Below, one piece after another: positions 8,513-17,080 of a stretch of DNA of 64,000 bases. This DNA is from an uncultured Anaerolineales bacterium (GTDB taxonomy: Bacteria > Chloroflexota > Anaerolineae > CG2-30-64-16). Made by a program: the position numbers and the translations under genes. Location: positions 9,450-73,449 of the forward strand of contig CAZTMA010000005.1 in the NCBI GenBank assembly GCA_964614645.1, read 5' to 3'. The notes beneath the pieces were generated by a model that made no database searches, was not told the origin of the DNA, and saw only the letters and a list, made by a program, of their open reading frames with translations. Within the stretch, counting starts at the first letter, position 1; each line of letters opens with the position of its first letter.

Positions 8513-9589
8513 ATGAAGATCGTCACCATCGTCGGCGCGCGGCCGCAATTTATCAAGGCCGCGCCCGTGAGCCAGGTCCTGCGGCAGCAGCATCACGAGG
8601 TGCTGGTGCATACGGGCCAGCACTATGACCACGAGATGTCCGACATCTTCTTCACGGAGCTTGCCATCCCCCGGCCAGACCACGAGCTAAACATCGGCTC
8701 GGGCTCACACGGCCGGCAGACGGGGCAGATGCTCGTGCGCATCGAGGAAGTACTCCAGGCGGAGCGGCCGGATTGGGTGCTCGTATATGGCGACACGAAT
8801 TCCACCCTGGCCGGCGCGCTGGCCGCGGTCAAGCTGGGCATCCGTGTCGCGCATGTCGAGGCAGGACTGCGCAGCTTCAACCGGTCGATGCCGGAGGAGC
8901 ACAACCGCGTGCTCACCGATCACTGCGCCGACCTGCTCTTCTGCCCGACGCAGACCGCGGTGGACCTGCTCGCGGCCGAGGGCGTGACGCAGGGCGTCCA
9001 CCTGGTCGGGGATGTCATGTTCGATGCCGCGCGCCAGTTCGCGAAGATCGCGGCCGCGCGCTCGACGATCCTGGCCCGCCTGGACCTGACGCCGCGCGGC
9101 TATGCCCTCGCGACCCTGCACCGGCCCTACAACACGGACGACCCGGCGCGGCTCCGCGTGGTGCTCGATGCACTGAACCGGTTGGAGCTGCCCGTTGTCT
9201 TCCCTGTGCACCCGCGCACGCGGGCGCGGCTAACGGAGATGGGCAACACGGAGTGTGCCGGCACAACGGCTGCCAGCCTGCGCTGCGTGGAGCCGGTCGG
9301 CTACCTGGATATGCTGGCACTCGAACAGCACGCACGGCTGGTCCTGACCGATTCCGGCGGGGTGCAGAAGGAGGCGTACTTCTTCGCCGTGCCGTGCGTC
9401 ACGCTCCGTCCCGAGACCGAGTGGGTCGAGACGGTGCAGACGGGATGGAACCGCCTCGCCTGGGGCAACGCGGAGACGGTGCTGGCCGCGGCCCGCGCGC
9501 CCTGGCCGGGCGATCCGCCGCCGCCCATCTTCGGTGACGGGCACGCGGCCGAACGCATCGCCGCGTTGTTGTACACGCAGGGAGGCTAG
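8513..9589 (+). CDS. wecB: UDP-N-acetylglucosamine 2-epimerase, non-hydrolysing.
   Basis: MKIVTIVGARPQFIKAAPV... matches the WecB/WbpI family. The ATG at 8513 is in frame with the annotated ORF. Confidence 0.85.
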   Translation: MKIVTIVGARPQFIKAAPVSQVLRQQHHEVLVHTGQHYDHEMSDIFFTELAIPRPDHELNIGSGSHGRQTGQMLVRIEEVLQAERPDWVLVYGDTNSTLAGALAAVKLGIRVAHVEAGLRSFNRSMPEEHNRVLTDHCADLLFCPTQTAVDLLAAEGVTQGVHLVGDVMFDAARQFAKIAAARSTILARLDLTPRGYALATLHRPYNTDDPARLRVVLDALNRLELPVVFPVHPRTRARLTEMGNTECAGTTAASLRCVEPVGYLDMLALEQHARLVLTDSGGVQKEAYFFAVPCVTLRPETEWVETVQTGWNRLAWGNAETVLAAARAPWPGDPPPPIFGDGHAAERIAALLYTQGG

Positions 9590-9592
9590 AAC

Positions 9593-10237
9593 GTGCTACC
9601 GCCGGCCGAAGTCAAGCTACCGCGGCCCAAATGGCTTCGGGCAATAAGCTGGATACGTTGGGGCAGGCAGGCCATCGAGTGGGGCTACGGCGCCGTCCCG
9701 CCGAGCCTGCTCCTGGTCAACTTTATCTTCCAGCGCGTCTTCCGGCAGAGCATCAGCGCGCCGTTCTCGGTCAACTACCGGTCGACGGTGAGTCACGGAC
9801 AGCATATCCGCATCGGCCGCCGGGTCGGCGCGAGCTTTGCGCTCAGCGGCGGCCTGTATGTGAACGCCATGCACGGGGTAGAGATCGGCGACGGAACCGT
9901 CATCGCACCCAACGTTGGCATCCTCACCACCAACCATGACCTGTATGACCGCAACCTGCCCACCGCAGACGGGCCGGTGCGCATCGGCAAGAACGGCTGG
10001 ATCGGGATGAACGCGGTCATTCTGCCCGGCGTGACGCTGGGCGACAACGTGACCGTGGCCGCAGGTTCGGTCGTCACCACGAGCTTCGGGAGCAACGTGG
10101 TCCTCGGCGGGACGCCCGCACGCGTGCTGAAGGAGGTCACGCCCGAGGCGGTGCTGGCTTACCGCCAGCGGCACGGCATCCGCGAGATCGAAGACCTGCA
10201 GCCGTACCTCAAGGATCGTGAAGAGGGAATCCGCTGA
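9593..10237 (+). CDS. Hexapeptide-repeat acyl/acetyltransferase.
   Basis: Left-handed beta-helix repeats in the C-terminal half. GTG start with RBS GGGAGGC. Confidence 0.7.
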   Translation: MLPPAEVKLPRPKWLRAISWIRWGRQAIEWGYGAVPPSLLLVNFIFQRVFRQSISAPFSVNYRSTVSHGQHIRIGRRVGASFALSGGLYVNAMHGVEIGDGTVIAPNVGILTTNHDLYDRNLPTADGPVRIGKNGWIGMNAVILPGVTLGDNVTVAAGSVVTTSFGSNVVLGGTPARVLKEVTPEAVLAYRQRHGIREIEDLQPYLKDREEGIR

Positions 10238-10320
10238 ACACGCCAGACCGACTGCGCGAGCTGACCCGGCGCCCGTTCTTCCGCCAGGTCGGGCTCACCT
10301 TCACGGCCCAGATCGCCGGC

Positions 10321-11535
10321 ATGGTGCTGACGGTTGCCAATGCCGCGATCGTCGCGCGCTGGTTGGGGCCGGATGGCAAGGGCGCGTACACGCTGGCGAC
10401 CCTCATGCCCTTCATGCTGGCGCTGTTTCTCAGTGGGGGCATCGGTCTCGCAAATGTTTACTTCGCGGGTTCGCAGCGCATCGACATTGCCCGCCTGACC
10501 GCCAACACACTGGCCTATGCGCTGATGGCAACCGCTGCGGCCGCGCTCATCGTTGCAGTCCTTGTTCTCAGCGGCGCCCTCGCGCGCTGGATGCCGGGCG
10601 TGCCCATGCAGGTCGTGCTCCTGGCATCTTTCTGGCTGCCGCTATCCCTGCTGAACAGCCTCCTGCTCAACATCCTCCAGGGGTTGCGCCGCATCCGGGA
10701 AGTCAACTTCGCGAACCTAGCCCAGGGCTTTGTCATCTTAGCCGCCACCGGCGTCCTCGTGATCGTGCTGGGCTGGGGCCTGGTCGGCGCCGTCATCGCC
10801 ACCTGGCTGGGCGCGGCCGCCGCGCTGGCGATGGCCGTCCGTTATCTCAAGCGGGAGGGAGCGAGCTTTCGCCCGCGCTGGGATGCGAGTGTCCTGCGGC
10901 CGACGATTTCGTATGGCTTGCGGGGCCATATCGGCAGCATCTTCCAATTTCTCAATTACCGGCTGGATACTTTCATCGTCAACGGCTTCCTGGGCACCAG
11001 CGGGGTCGGCTTCTACGGCTCGGCCGTCTCGCTCGGTGAGCTCCTGTGGCAGTTTCCGACTGCGGTCGGGTTTGTCATCTTTCCCAAGTCATCGGCCAGC
11101 CGGCCGGAAGAGATGAACCGATTCACGCCCAGGGTCCTCAAAATCACCCTTGGTATCCTGATCGTGGGTGCAGTGATGCTGGCCCTTACCGGCCCGTTCC
11201 TGATCGAGATTCTATACGGGCCGGCCTTCGCCCCCTCCTACCTGCCACTGCTGGCGCTGCTCCCCGGCATCGTCTTCATGGGCGGCGGCAAGGTGCTGGC
11301 GAACGAGATGGCGGGGCGGGGCTACCTGCAGTACAATTCGATCTGTGCCGGGTTGTCGCTGGTTCTCACGATCATCCTTGACCTGACGCTGATCCCGCGC
11401 TTCGGCGCCGTCGGCGCAGCCGCGGCCTCGAGCCTGGCGTATCTGGCCTTCTTCATTGCTGCGCTGACATTCTACCTGCACGTCAGCCGCCAGACACGTG
11501 CACCCGCCGCAGTATCGTTGACAGAAAGAGATTGA
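10321..11535 (+). CDS. wzx: Polysaccharide flippase of the Wzx/MOP family. The true start is probably upstream, but no canonical start codon is present there.
   Basis: 12+ transmembrane segments. The frame stays open back to 10222 and encodes a Wzx-like N-terminus (RLRELTRRPFFRQVGLTF...) with no ATG, GTG or TTG. Confidence 0.65.
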   Translation: MVLTVANAAIVARWLGPDGKGAYTLATLMPFMLALFLSGGIGLANVYFAGSQRIDIARLTANTLAYALMATAAAALIVAVLVLSGALARWMPGVPMQVVLLASFWLPLSLLNSLLLNILQGLRRIREVNFANLAQGFVILAATGVLVIVLGWGLVGAVIATWLGAAAALAMAVRYLKREGASFRPRWDASVLRPTISYGLRGHIGSIFQFLNYRLDTFIVNGFLGTSGVGFYGSAVSLGELLWQFPTAVGFVIFPKSSASRPEEMNRFTPRVLKITLGILIVGAVMLALTGPFLIEILYGPAFAPSYLPLLALLPGIVFMGGGKVLANEMAGRGYLQYNSICAGLSLVLTIILDLTLIPRFGAVGAAAASSLAYLAFFIAALTFYLHVSRQTRAPAAVSLTERD

Positions 11536-11540
11536 GCATC

Positions 11541-12710
11541 ATGAGCCAACGCAAACGCGTCTGTATTCTGTCTCTTGCCCCGGTCCAGAACGATGGCCGC
11601 GTGCTGCGCCAGATTGAGGCTGCCTCGCGCGACTATGATGTGACGGTGGTCGGCTGGGGCCACCTGGACAAGTCCCGGCCCAATGTGCAGATGAAGCCGG
11701 TCGAACCCTGGGTCTTCTCTGCCATGCAGCGCCGCGTTCAGGCCGTCCTGATGGGCGCAGGGCGCATCTCTCCGGCTTTTTGGGACCGCTGGTACTGGCG
11801 TAAACCCGACCATCGGGAGGCGCTCCGGCTTGTGCGTGAGACCCCGTGCGACCTGCTGCACATCGACGAGGCCATCGCGCTGCCGATCGGCATCAAGGCC
11901 GCCGAGACGCTAGGCTGCAAGGTATTGTTTGATGCTCACGAGTACAGCCCGGACCAGGATACTGACAAGCTGTGGTGGCGCTTGCTGGCCCAACCGTTCT
12001 ACACACACCTGATCCGCCACTACGCGACCCGCGCAGACGTGATGACCACTGTGGCATTTGGCATAGCCGAGCGCTATAAGCGCGAGTTTGGCCTCAAACC
12101 CACGGTGGTCATGAACGCGCCACATTATGTGGAACTGCCTTTCCGGCCCGTGAATCCCGATCGCATCCGCATCGTCCACCAGGCGACCGCAATGCGCGAC
12201 CGGTACCTTGAGCAGATGATCGAGACAGTGGCGCTGACCGACAGGCGGTTCACACTGGAATTCATGCTGGTCGAGAAGGACGCCGGGTACATTGCGGAGA
12301 TCCGGCAGAGGGCGGCCGCGCGTGCTGCGGACCGCATTTCTTTTCGCCCGCCGGTCGCGCCTTCGGAGATTGCGGCCACGATCAACGCCTATGACATCGG
12401 GCTGCACCTGCTTCCGCCGGTCAACTACAACAGCGCAAACGCGCTGCCCAACAAATTCTTCGAGTTCATCATGGCCGGCCTGGCCCTCGCCATCGGGCCA
12501 TCGCCTGAAATGATGCGGATCGTCCGTGAGCATGGACTGGGGGTTGTCGCCATCAACTTCGAGCCGGCGGAAATGGCCCAACGGCTGAATGCGCTGCAAC
12601 CTGAACAAATCGACGATATGAAACGCCGGTCGCTGGCCGCGGCCAAGACCTACAACGCCGGGACTGAGATGGACAAACTGCTCTCGCTCTACGAGCGTGC
12701 GCTGCAATGA
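11541..12710 (+). CDS. Glycosyltransferase family 4.
   Basis: GT-B fold. The alternative TTG start at 11532 overlaps the wzx stop. Confidence 0.7.
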   Translation: MSQRKRVCILSLAPVQNDGRVLRQIEAASRDYDVTVVGWGHLDKSRPNVQMKPVEPWVFSAMQRRVQAVLMGAGRISPAFWDRWYWRKPDHREALRLVRETPCDLLHIDEAIALPIGIKAAETLGCKVLFDAHEYSPDQDTDKLWWRLLAQPFYTHLIRHYATRADVMTTVAFGIAERYKREFGLKPTVVMNAPHYVELPFRPVNPDRIRIVHQATAMRDRYLEQMIETVALTDRRFTLEFMLVEKDAGYIAEIRQRAAARAADRISFRPPVAPSEIAATINAYDIGLHLLPPVNYNSANALPNKFFEFIMAGLALAIGPSPEMMRIVREHGLGVVAINFEPAEMAQRLNALQPEQIDDMKRRSLAAAKTYNAGTEMDKLLSLYERALQ

Positions 12711-13534
12711 ACCCGCGCCCAGACCTCTCGATCATCGTTCTATCGTGGAACGTGCGCGACCTGCTGCGCGCCTGCCTGGCGTCCGTCCACGCGGCAGCCG
12801 AAACAGGGCGCGCCCCGATGGAGGTGATTGTCGTCGATAACGCGTCGACAGACGGCAGCGCCGACATGGTGGCGGCAGAGTTCCCCGCCGTGCTGCTAAT
12901 TCGCAATGCCGCCAATGCAGGCTATGCTGCCGCTAACAACCGGGGCATCGCAGCCAGCCGGGGACGCCACGTGGCCTTGCTCAACAGCGATACGCTCGTG
13001 CCTCCCACGACGTTCGCAGAGCTGCTGGCCTTCATGGAGGCGAACCCGAATGTAGGAGCATGCAGCCCACTTCTGCAGCAGCCCGACGGCAATCCGCAGC
13101 CATACGCCTATGGTGGCGATCCGTCGCTGTCCTATCTCGCACGCCGTGCGGCCGCCCGATTTCTGCTTCGTCGCCCGCTTCATGATTGGAGGGTAGAACA
13201 CACCGTCGAGGTGGACTGGGTTTCAGGCGCGTGCCTCGTGGTCAGGCGCGAGGCTATCGAAGCTGTCGGTGGGTTGGACGAAAGCATGTTCATGTATTTC
13301 GAGGACAACGACTGGTGTCGCCGTATCCGGCGGGTAGGGTGGACGATCAGCTACGTGCCGCACGTTGCCATCACGCACATCGGCGGCGCGAGCCTGCGGC
13401 AGAACCCCGCCGCGCGCCGCGCCTATTACCGCAGCCTCGAACGGTTTTACGAGAAGCACTATAGCTTGCCTGCTCAGGGCGTGCTGAAGCTGGCCCTGGT
13501 AATTTACCGGTTTTTTACACACCAAGAACTCTGA
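12707..13534 (+). CDS. Glycosyltransferase family 2.
   Basis: GT2 N-terminal region and DXD motif. The start overlaps the previous stop as ATGA. Confidence 0.75.
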   Translation: MNPRPDLSIIVLSWNVRDLLRACLASVHAAAETGRAPMEVIVVDNASTDGSADMVAAEFPAVLLIRNAANAGYAAANNRGIAASRGRHVALLNSDTLVPPTTFAELLAFMEANPNVGACSPLLQQPDGNPQPYAYGGDPSLSYLARRAAARFLLRRPLHDWRVEHTVEVDWVSGACLVVRREAIEAVGGLDESMFMYFEDNDWCRRIRRVGWTISYVPHVAITHIGGASLRQNPAARRAYYRSLERFYEKHYSLPAQGVLKLALVIYRFFTHQEL

Positions 13535-14655
13535 TGCTCTACTTTGACATCTCGGCCGCGGTGCACCGCCGCGCAGGGCTGGGCCGCTATGCGGAAAGCC
13601 TGGCGTGTGGCCTGCTGCCGCTGCTCGGTGACCAACTGGCCTTCTTCTATAACCGGGAGCAGGGCATCGAGCCGCTGACCGGGCTGGAGCACGTGCCCGC
13701 GGCCACCGTCGGCCTGGGCTATAAGCCGTGGCGCATGCTCGTCTGGCTCGGCCAGCTGGGCCGCGTCGGGTTCAACCGCCTGCTGCCAGGCGCGCGGCTC
13801 TATCATGCGACCGAACACCTGCTCATGCCCCTGCACGGCATCCCGACCGTCCTGACCGTCCATGACCTCATCTTCCGCCGCTACCCTGCGCACCACAAGC
13901 CGCTCAACCGCACGTACCTCAACGCGACGCTGCCGCTGTTCTGCCGCCGCGCCGGCCACATTATCGCCGTGTCGGAGCAGACGAAGCGCGATGTCATGGC
14001 TGCGTACGGCGTGCCCGCAGAGAAAATCAGCGTCATCTACGAGGCGGCAGACGCGCGCTTCCAGCCGCAGCCGCCGGAGATCGTAGCCGAGGTCCGCACG
14101 CGCTACAAGCTGCCTGCGCGCTACGTGCTGTTCGTCGGCACGATCGAGCCGCGCAAGAACCTCGGCCGCGTGCTGGCCGCATTCGAGCGGCTGCACCGCG
14201 AAGGGCTGACCGACGCGCTGGTGATTGTCGGCAAGCGCGGCTGGCTGTACGAGGACTTCTTCGCGCAGCTCGAAGACTCGCCCGCGCGGCAGGCCGTCAT
14301 CTTCCCCGGCTTCGTGCCCGACGCGGACCTGCCCGCGTTCTACGCGGGCGGCCAGGTAGTTGCCTTCCCCAGCGAGTTCGAGGGGTTCGGCCTGCCGATC
14401 CTGGAGGGGATGGCGAGCGGCGCGCCGGTCGTCTGCTCGAACACCTCCTCGCTCCCCGAAGTGGCGGGAGATGCCGCGCTGCTCATTGACCCGCTGGACA
14501 CGGATGCGCTGGCCGACGCGCTGCGCCGCGTGCTCGCTGATGCCGCGCTTGCTGCCGAGCTGCGCCGCCGCGGGCTTGTGCAGGCCTCGCGGTTCTCGTG
14601 GGCGCGGGCCGCGCAGGAGACGGCGGCCGTGTATGAGAGGACCCTGCGGCCATGA
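13534..14655 (+). CDS. Glycosyltransferase family 4.
   Basis: Conserved C-terminal EFEGFGLPILEGMASGAPVV (E-x7-E). Confidence 0.8.
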   Translation: MLYFDISAAVHRRAGLGRYAESLACGLLPLLGDQLAFFYNREQGIEPLTGLEHVPAATVGLGYKPWRMLVWLGQLGRVGFNRLLPGARLYHATEHLLMPLHGIPTVLTVHDLIFRRYPAHHKPLNRTYLNATLPLFCRRAGHIIAVSEQTKRDVMAAYGVPAEKISVIYEAADARFQPQPPEIVAEVRTRYKLPARYVLFVGTIEPRKNLGRVLAAFERLHREGLTDALVIVGKRGWLYEDFFAQLEDSPARQAVIFPGFVPDADLPAFYAGGQVVAFPSEFEGFGLPILEGMASGAPVVCSNTSSLPEVAGDAALLIDPLDTDALADALRRVLADAALAAELRRRGLVQASRFSWARAAQETAAVYERTLRP

Positions 14656-15788
14656 GCCACTACGTCCTTGATGCCCGCACGGCCACGCCGCATTTCCCCG
14701 GCATCGGGCGATATGTTACCAGCCTGGCGCATGCGCTCGTACCGCAGTTGCAGCCCGGCGAACGACTGACTCTCCTCGGCCACCCGGAGCATCTTACTCC
14801 GCTGCCGACGGGAGGCGCGGTGCAGGTGCACCCGCTGGACGTCTCACCGTTCTCGCTCGCCCAGCAGTGGATCGTGCCCGGCCTGCTGCGGCGGCTGGGT
14901 GCGGACCTCTACCACAGCCCGTATTACCTCATGCCCTACCGGCCCGGCGTGCGCACGGTTCTGACTGTTTATGACGTCATCCCGCTGCGTCATCCGGAGC
15001 ACAGCTCGGCCCGCGCGCGGCTGTTCTTCCGGCTGACCACTGCGCTGGCGCTGCGCAGCGCGGCGCAGGTCCTCGCCATCTCTGAAGCCGCGCGGCAGGA
15101 TTTCGTCACGGACTTCCAGGTTCCGGCAGGCCACATTCACGCCATCCCCCTGGCCGCGGACCCCGCCTTCCGTCCCCAGCCGCCGCAGGTCATCGAGGAA
15201 GTGCGCCGACGGTACAATTTGCCCGATCGCTTCGTGCTCTACCTGGGCAGCAACAAGCCGCACAAAAACCTCGTGCGGCTGGTGCAGGCGTGGCTAGACG
15301 TAGGTTGCAGGTTGCAGGTTGCAGGTTGCAGGTTGGTGATCGCCGGAGCCTGGAACCCGCGCTATCCCGAAGCCAGGATGCTGGCGGAACAGGCAAACAA
15401 CCTTCGACCTTCAACCTTCAACCTTCAGACCATCCTCTGGCTCGGCCGCGTGCCGGAGGCCGACCTGCCTGCGCTCTACGCCGCAGCCGCGGCATTCGTC
15501 TTCCCCAGCCTGTACGAGGGGTTCGGGCTGCCCGTTCTGGAGGCCATGGCGTGCGGCGCGCCGGTCATCTGCTCGGATGTGTCCAGCCTGCCCGAGACCG
15601 CGGGTGACGCGGCCCTGCTCGTGGACCCGACCGACGTGGACGCCCTGGCCACGGCACTGGGACGCGTCCTGAACGAACCCAACCTGGCCGCCGATCTGCG
15701 CGCCCGCGGCTTTGAGCAGGCGGCCCGCTTCACCTGGGAACGCACGGCCGCGGAAACCCTGAGCATGTACAGGCAGGCATCAGCGTGA
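14652..15788 (+). CDS. Glycosyltransferase family 4 with heptamer tandem repeats embedded in frame.
   Basis: Paralogue of the 13534 gene, ending ...YEGFGLPVLEAMACGAPVI. The repeats encode VGCRLQVAGCR and NNLRPSTFNLQT. Confidence 0.75.
   Translation: MSHYVLDARTATPHFPGIGRYVTSLAHALVPQLQPGERLTLLGHPEHLTPLPTGGAVQVHPLDVSPFSLAQQWIVPGLLRRLGADLYHSPYYLMPYRPGVRTVLTVYDVIPLRHPEHSSARARLFFRLTTALALRSAAQVLAISEAARQDFVTDFQVPAGHIHAIPLAADPAFRPQPPQVIEEVRRRYNLPDRFVLYLGSNKPHKNLVRLVQAWLDVGCRLQVAGCRLVIAGAWNPRYPEARMLAEQANNLRPSTFNLQTILWLGRVPEADLPALYAAAAAFVFPSLYEGFGLPVLEAMACGAPVICSDVSSLPETAGDAALLVDPTDVDALATALGRVLNEPNLAADLRARGFEQAARFTWERTAAETLSMYRQASA
15303..15428. repeat. (GGTTGCA)x4 tandem heptamers at 15303-15330 and a near-complementary (AACCTTC)x4 array at 15399-15428, both inside the GT4 coding sequence.
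   Basis: Direct reading of the sequence. The two arrays can pair with one C-U mismatch per unit. Confidence 0.85.
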
Positions 15789-16885
15789 AGATCCTCCACA
15801 TCTACAAGGACTACCCGCCCATCCTGGGTGGTATCGAGAACCACGTCAGGCTCTTGGCCGAGGGACAGGCCCACCGCGGGCACCAGGTGACGGTACTCGT
15901 GACCAATCCGGCGGGCCCGAAGACGGCCATTGCGGAAGAAGGCGGCGTGCGGGTGATTCGCGCGAGCCGCCTCGCGACTGTCGCCTCCACCCCCCTCAGC
16001 CTGGCGCTGCCTGCGCAGCTCGCGCGCAGCCGGCCCGACGTGGTCCACCTGCACTTCCCGTACCCGGTGGGGGAGGTCAGCCAGTGGCTGCTGCGCCGCG
16101 GCCAGGCCACCGTGCTGACCTACCACAGCGATGTCGTGCGGCAGGCCAGCATCCTGCGGCTGTACCGGCCGCTGCTGCGCCGCGTGCTGCGCGACGTCGA
16201 TGCCATCATCATCGGCAGCCCGCCCATGCGCAAGAGCGCGTACCTGGCCGAGCACCAGGATAAGCTCCACCTGATCCCCTACGGCATCCCGCTCGCGCGA
16301 TTCCGCGACGTGCCGCCTGCCAAGGGCATGCAGGACGCCGCCGCGCTGCCCACGCTCCTGTTTGTCGGTCGGCTGCGCTATTATAAAGGGCTGGATTACC
16401 TCATCCGCGCGCTGCCGCTCGTCCACGCGCGGTTGCTCGTCGTGGGCATCGGACCGATGGAGGCGGAATGGCGCAAGCTGGCCGCGGAGGTCGGTGTGGG
16501 GGAGCGGATGACCTGGCTAGGCGAGGTGCCCGACGCGCACCTGCCCGCGCTATACCATGCCGCCGACCTGTTCGTGCTGCCGGCCAGCCACACGAGCGAG
16601 GCCTTCGGGTTGGTTCAGGTGGAGGCGATGGCTGCCGGGCTGCCCGTGGTCTGCACCGAGTTGGGCACCGGCACATCTTACGTCAACCAGAACGGCGTAA
16701 CCGGCCGCGTCGTCCCCCCGCGCGACCCGGCAGCGCTGGCCGCTGCCATCAATGCGCTCCTGGCCGATCCTGCGGAGCGCGCGCGCCTGGCTGCGGGCGC
16801 GCAGGCTCGCGTCGCGGCGGAGTTCGACCTGCCCATCATGGTGCGCCGCGTGCTGGAGCTTTACGAAAGCGTGCGCCGCACGTAA
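15785..16885 (+). CDS. Glycosyltransferase family 4.
   Basis: C-terminal FVLPASHTSEAFGLVQVEAMAAGLPVVCTELGTG motif. GTGA start-stop overlap with the previous gene. Confidence 0.8.
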   Translation: MKILHIYKDYPPILGGIENHVRLLAEGQAHRGHQVTVLVTNPAGPKTAIAEEGGVRVIRASRLATVASTPLSLALPAQLARSRPDVVHLHFPYPVGEVSQWLLRRGQATVLTYHSDVVRQASILRLYRPLLRRVLRDVDAIIIGSPPMRKSAYLAEHQDKLHLIPYGIPLARFRDVPPAKGMQDAAALPTLLFVGRLRYYKGLDYLIRALPLVHARLLVVGIGPMEAEWRKLAAEVGVGERMTWLGEVPDAHLPALYHAADLFVLPASHTSEAFGLVQVEAMAAGLPVVCTELGTGTSYVNQNGVTGRVVPPRDPAALAAAINALLADPAERARLAAGAQARVAAEFDLPIMVRRVLELYESVRRT

Positions 16886-16948
16886 CAAGCCGTCCACATT
16901 ATGGTGGAGCGGAGCGTCCTCAGACGCGGAGCAGGCAGAGGCGTCCGT

Positions 16949-16980
16949 CCGCATCTGAGGATGCGGACTCCTCTTTTCAG
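16949..16980 (+). terminator. Hairpin CCGCATC-TGAG-GATGCGG followed by a CTCTTTTC run.
   Basis: 7-bp stem plus a T-run, 64 nt after the GT4 stop. The core is related to the 2705 element. Confidence 0.45.
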
Positions 16981-17080
16981 CGTGAACCGCGGCCGAAAGC
17001 GTGCGAGCTTTGCGTTTAAGCGCGGGCCGGGGTAAAATGATATGGTTGTCATCCTGTCGACCCTGTGCTGAGAGTCACTT

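Noticed and set aside
10218-11039. Alternative 273-aa frame at the start of the wzx region.
   Set aside because: The translation is Pro/Arg/Gly-rich and non-membrane. The overlapping frame encodes a coherent 12-transmembrane-segment Wzx protein.
15297-15430. Short regularly spaced repeats considered as a CRISPR array.
   Set aside because: The units are 7 nt tandem repeats with no spacers. They sit inside a coding frame.
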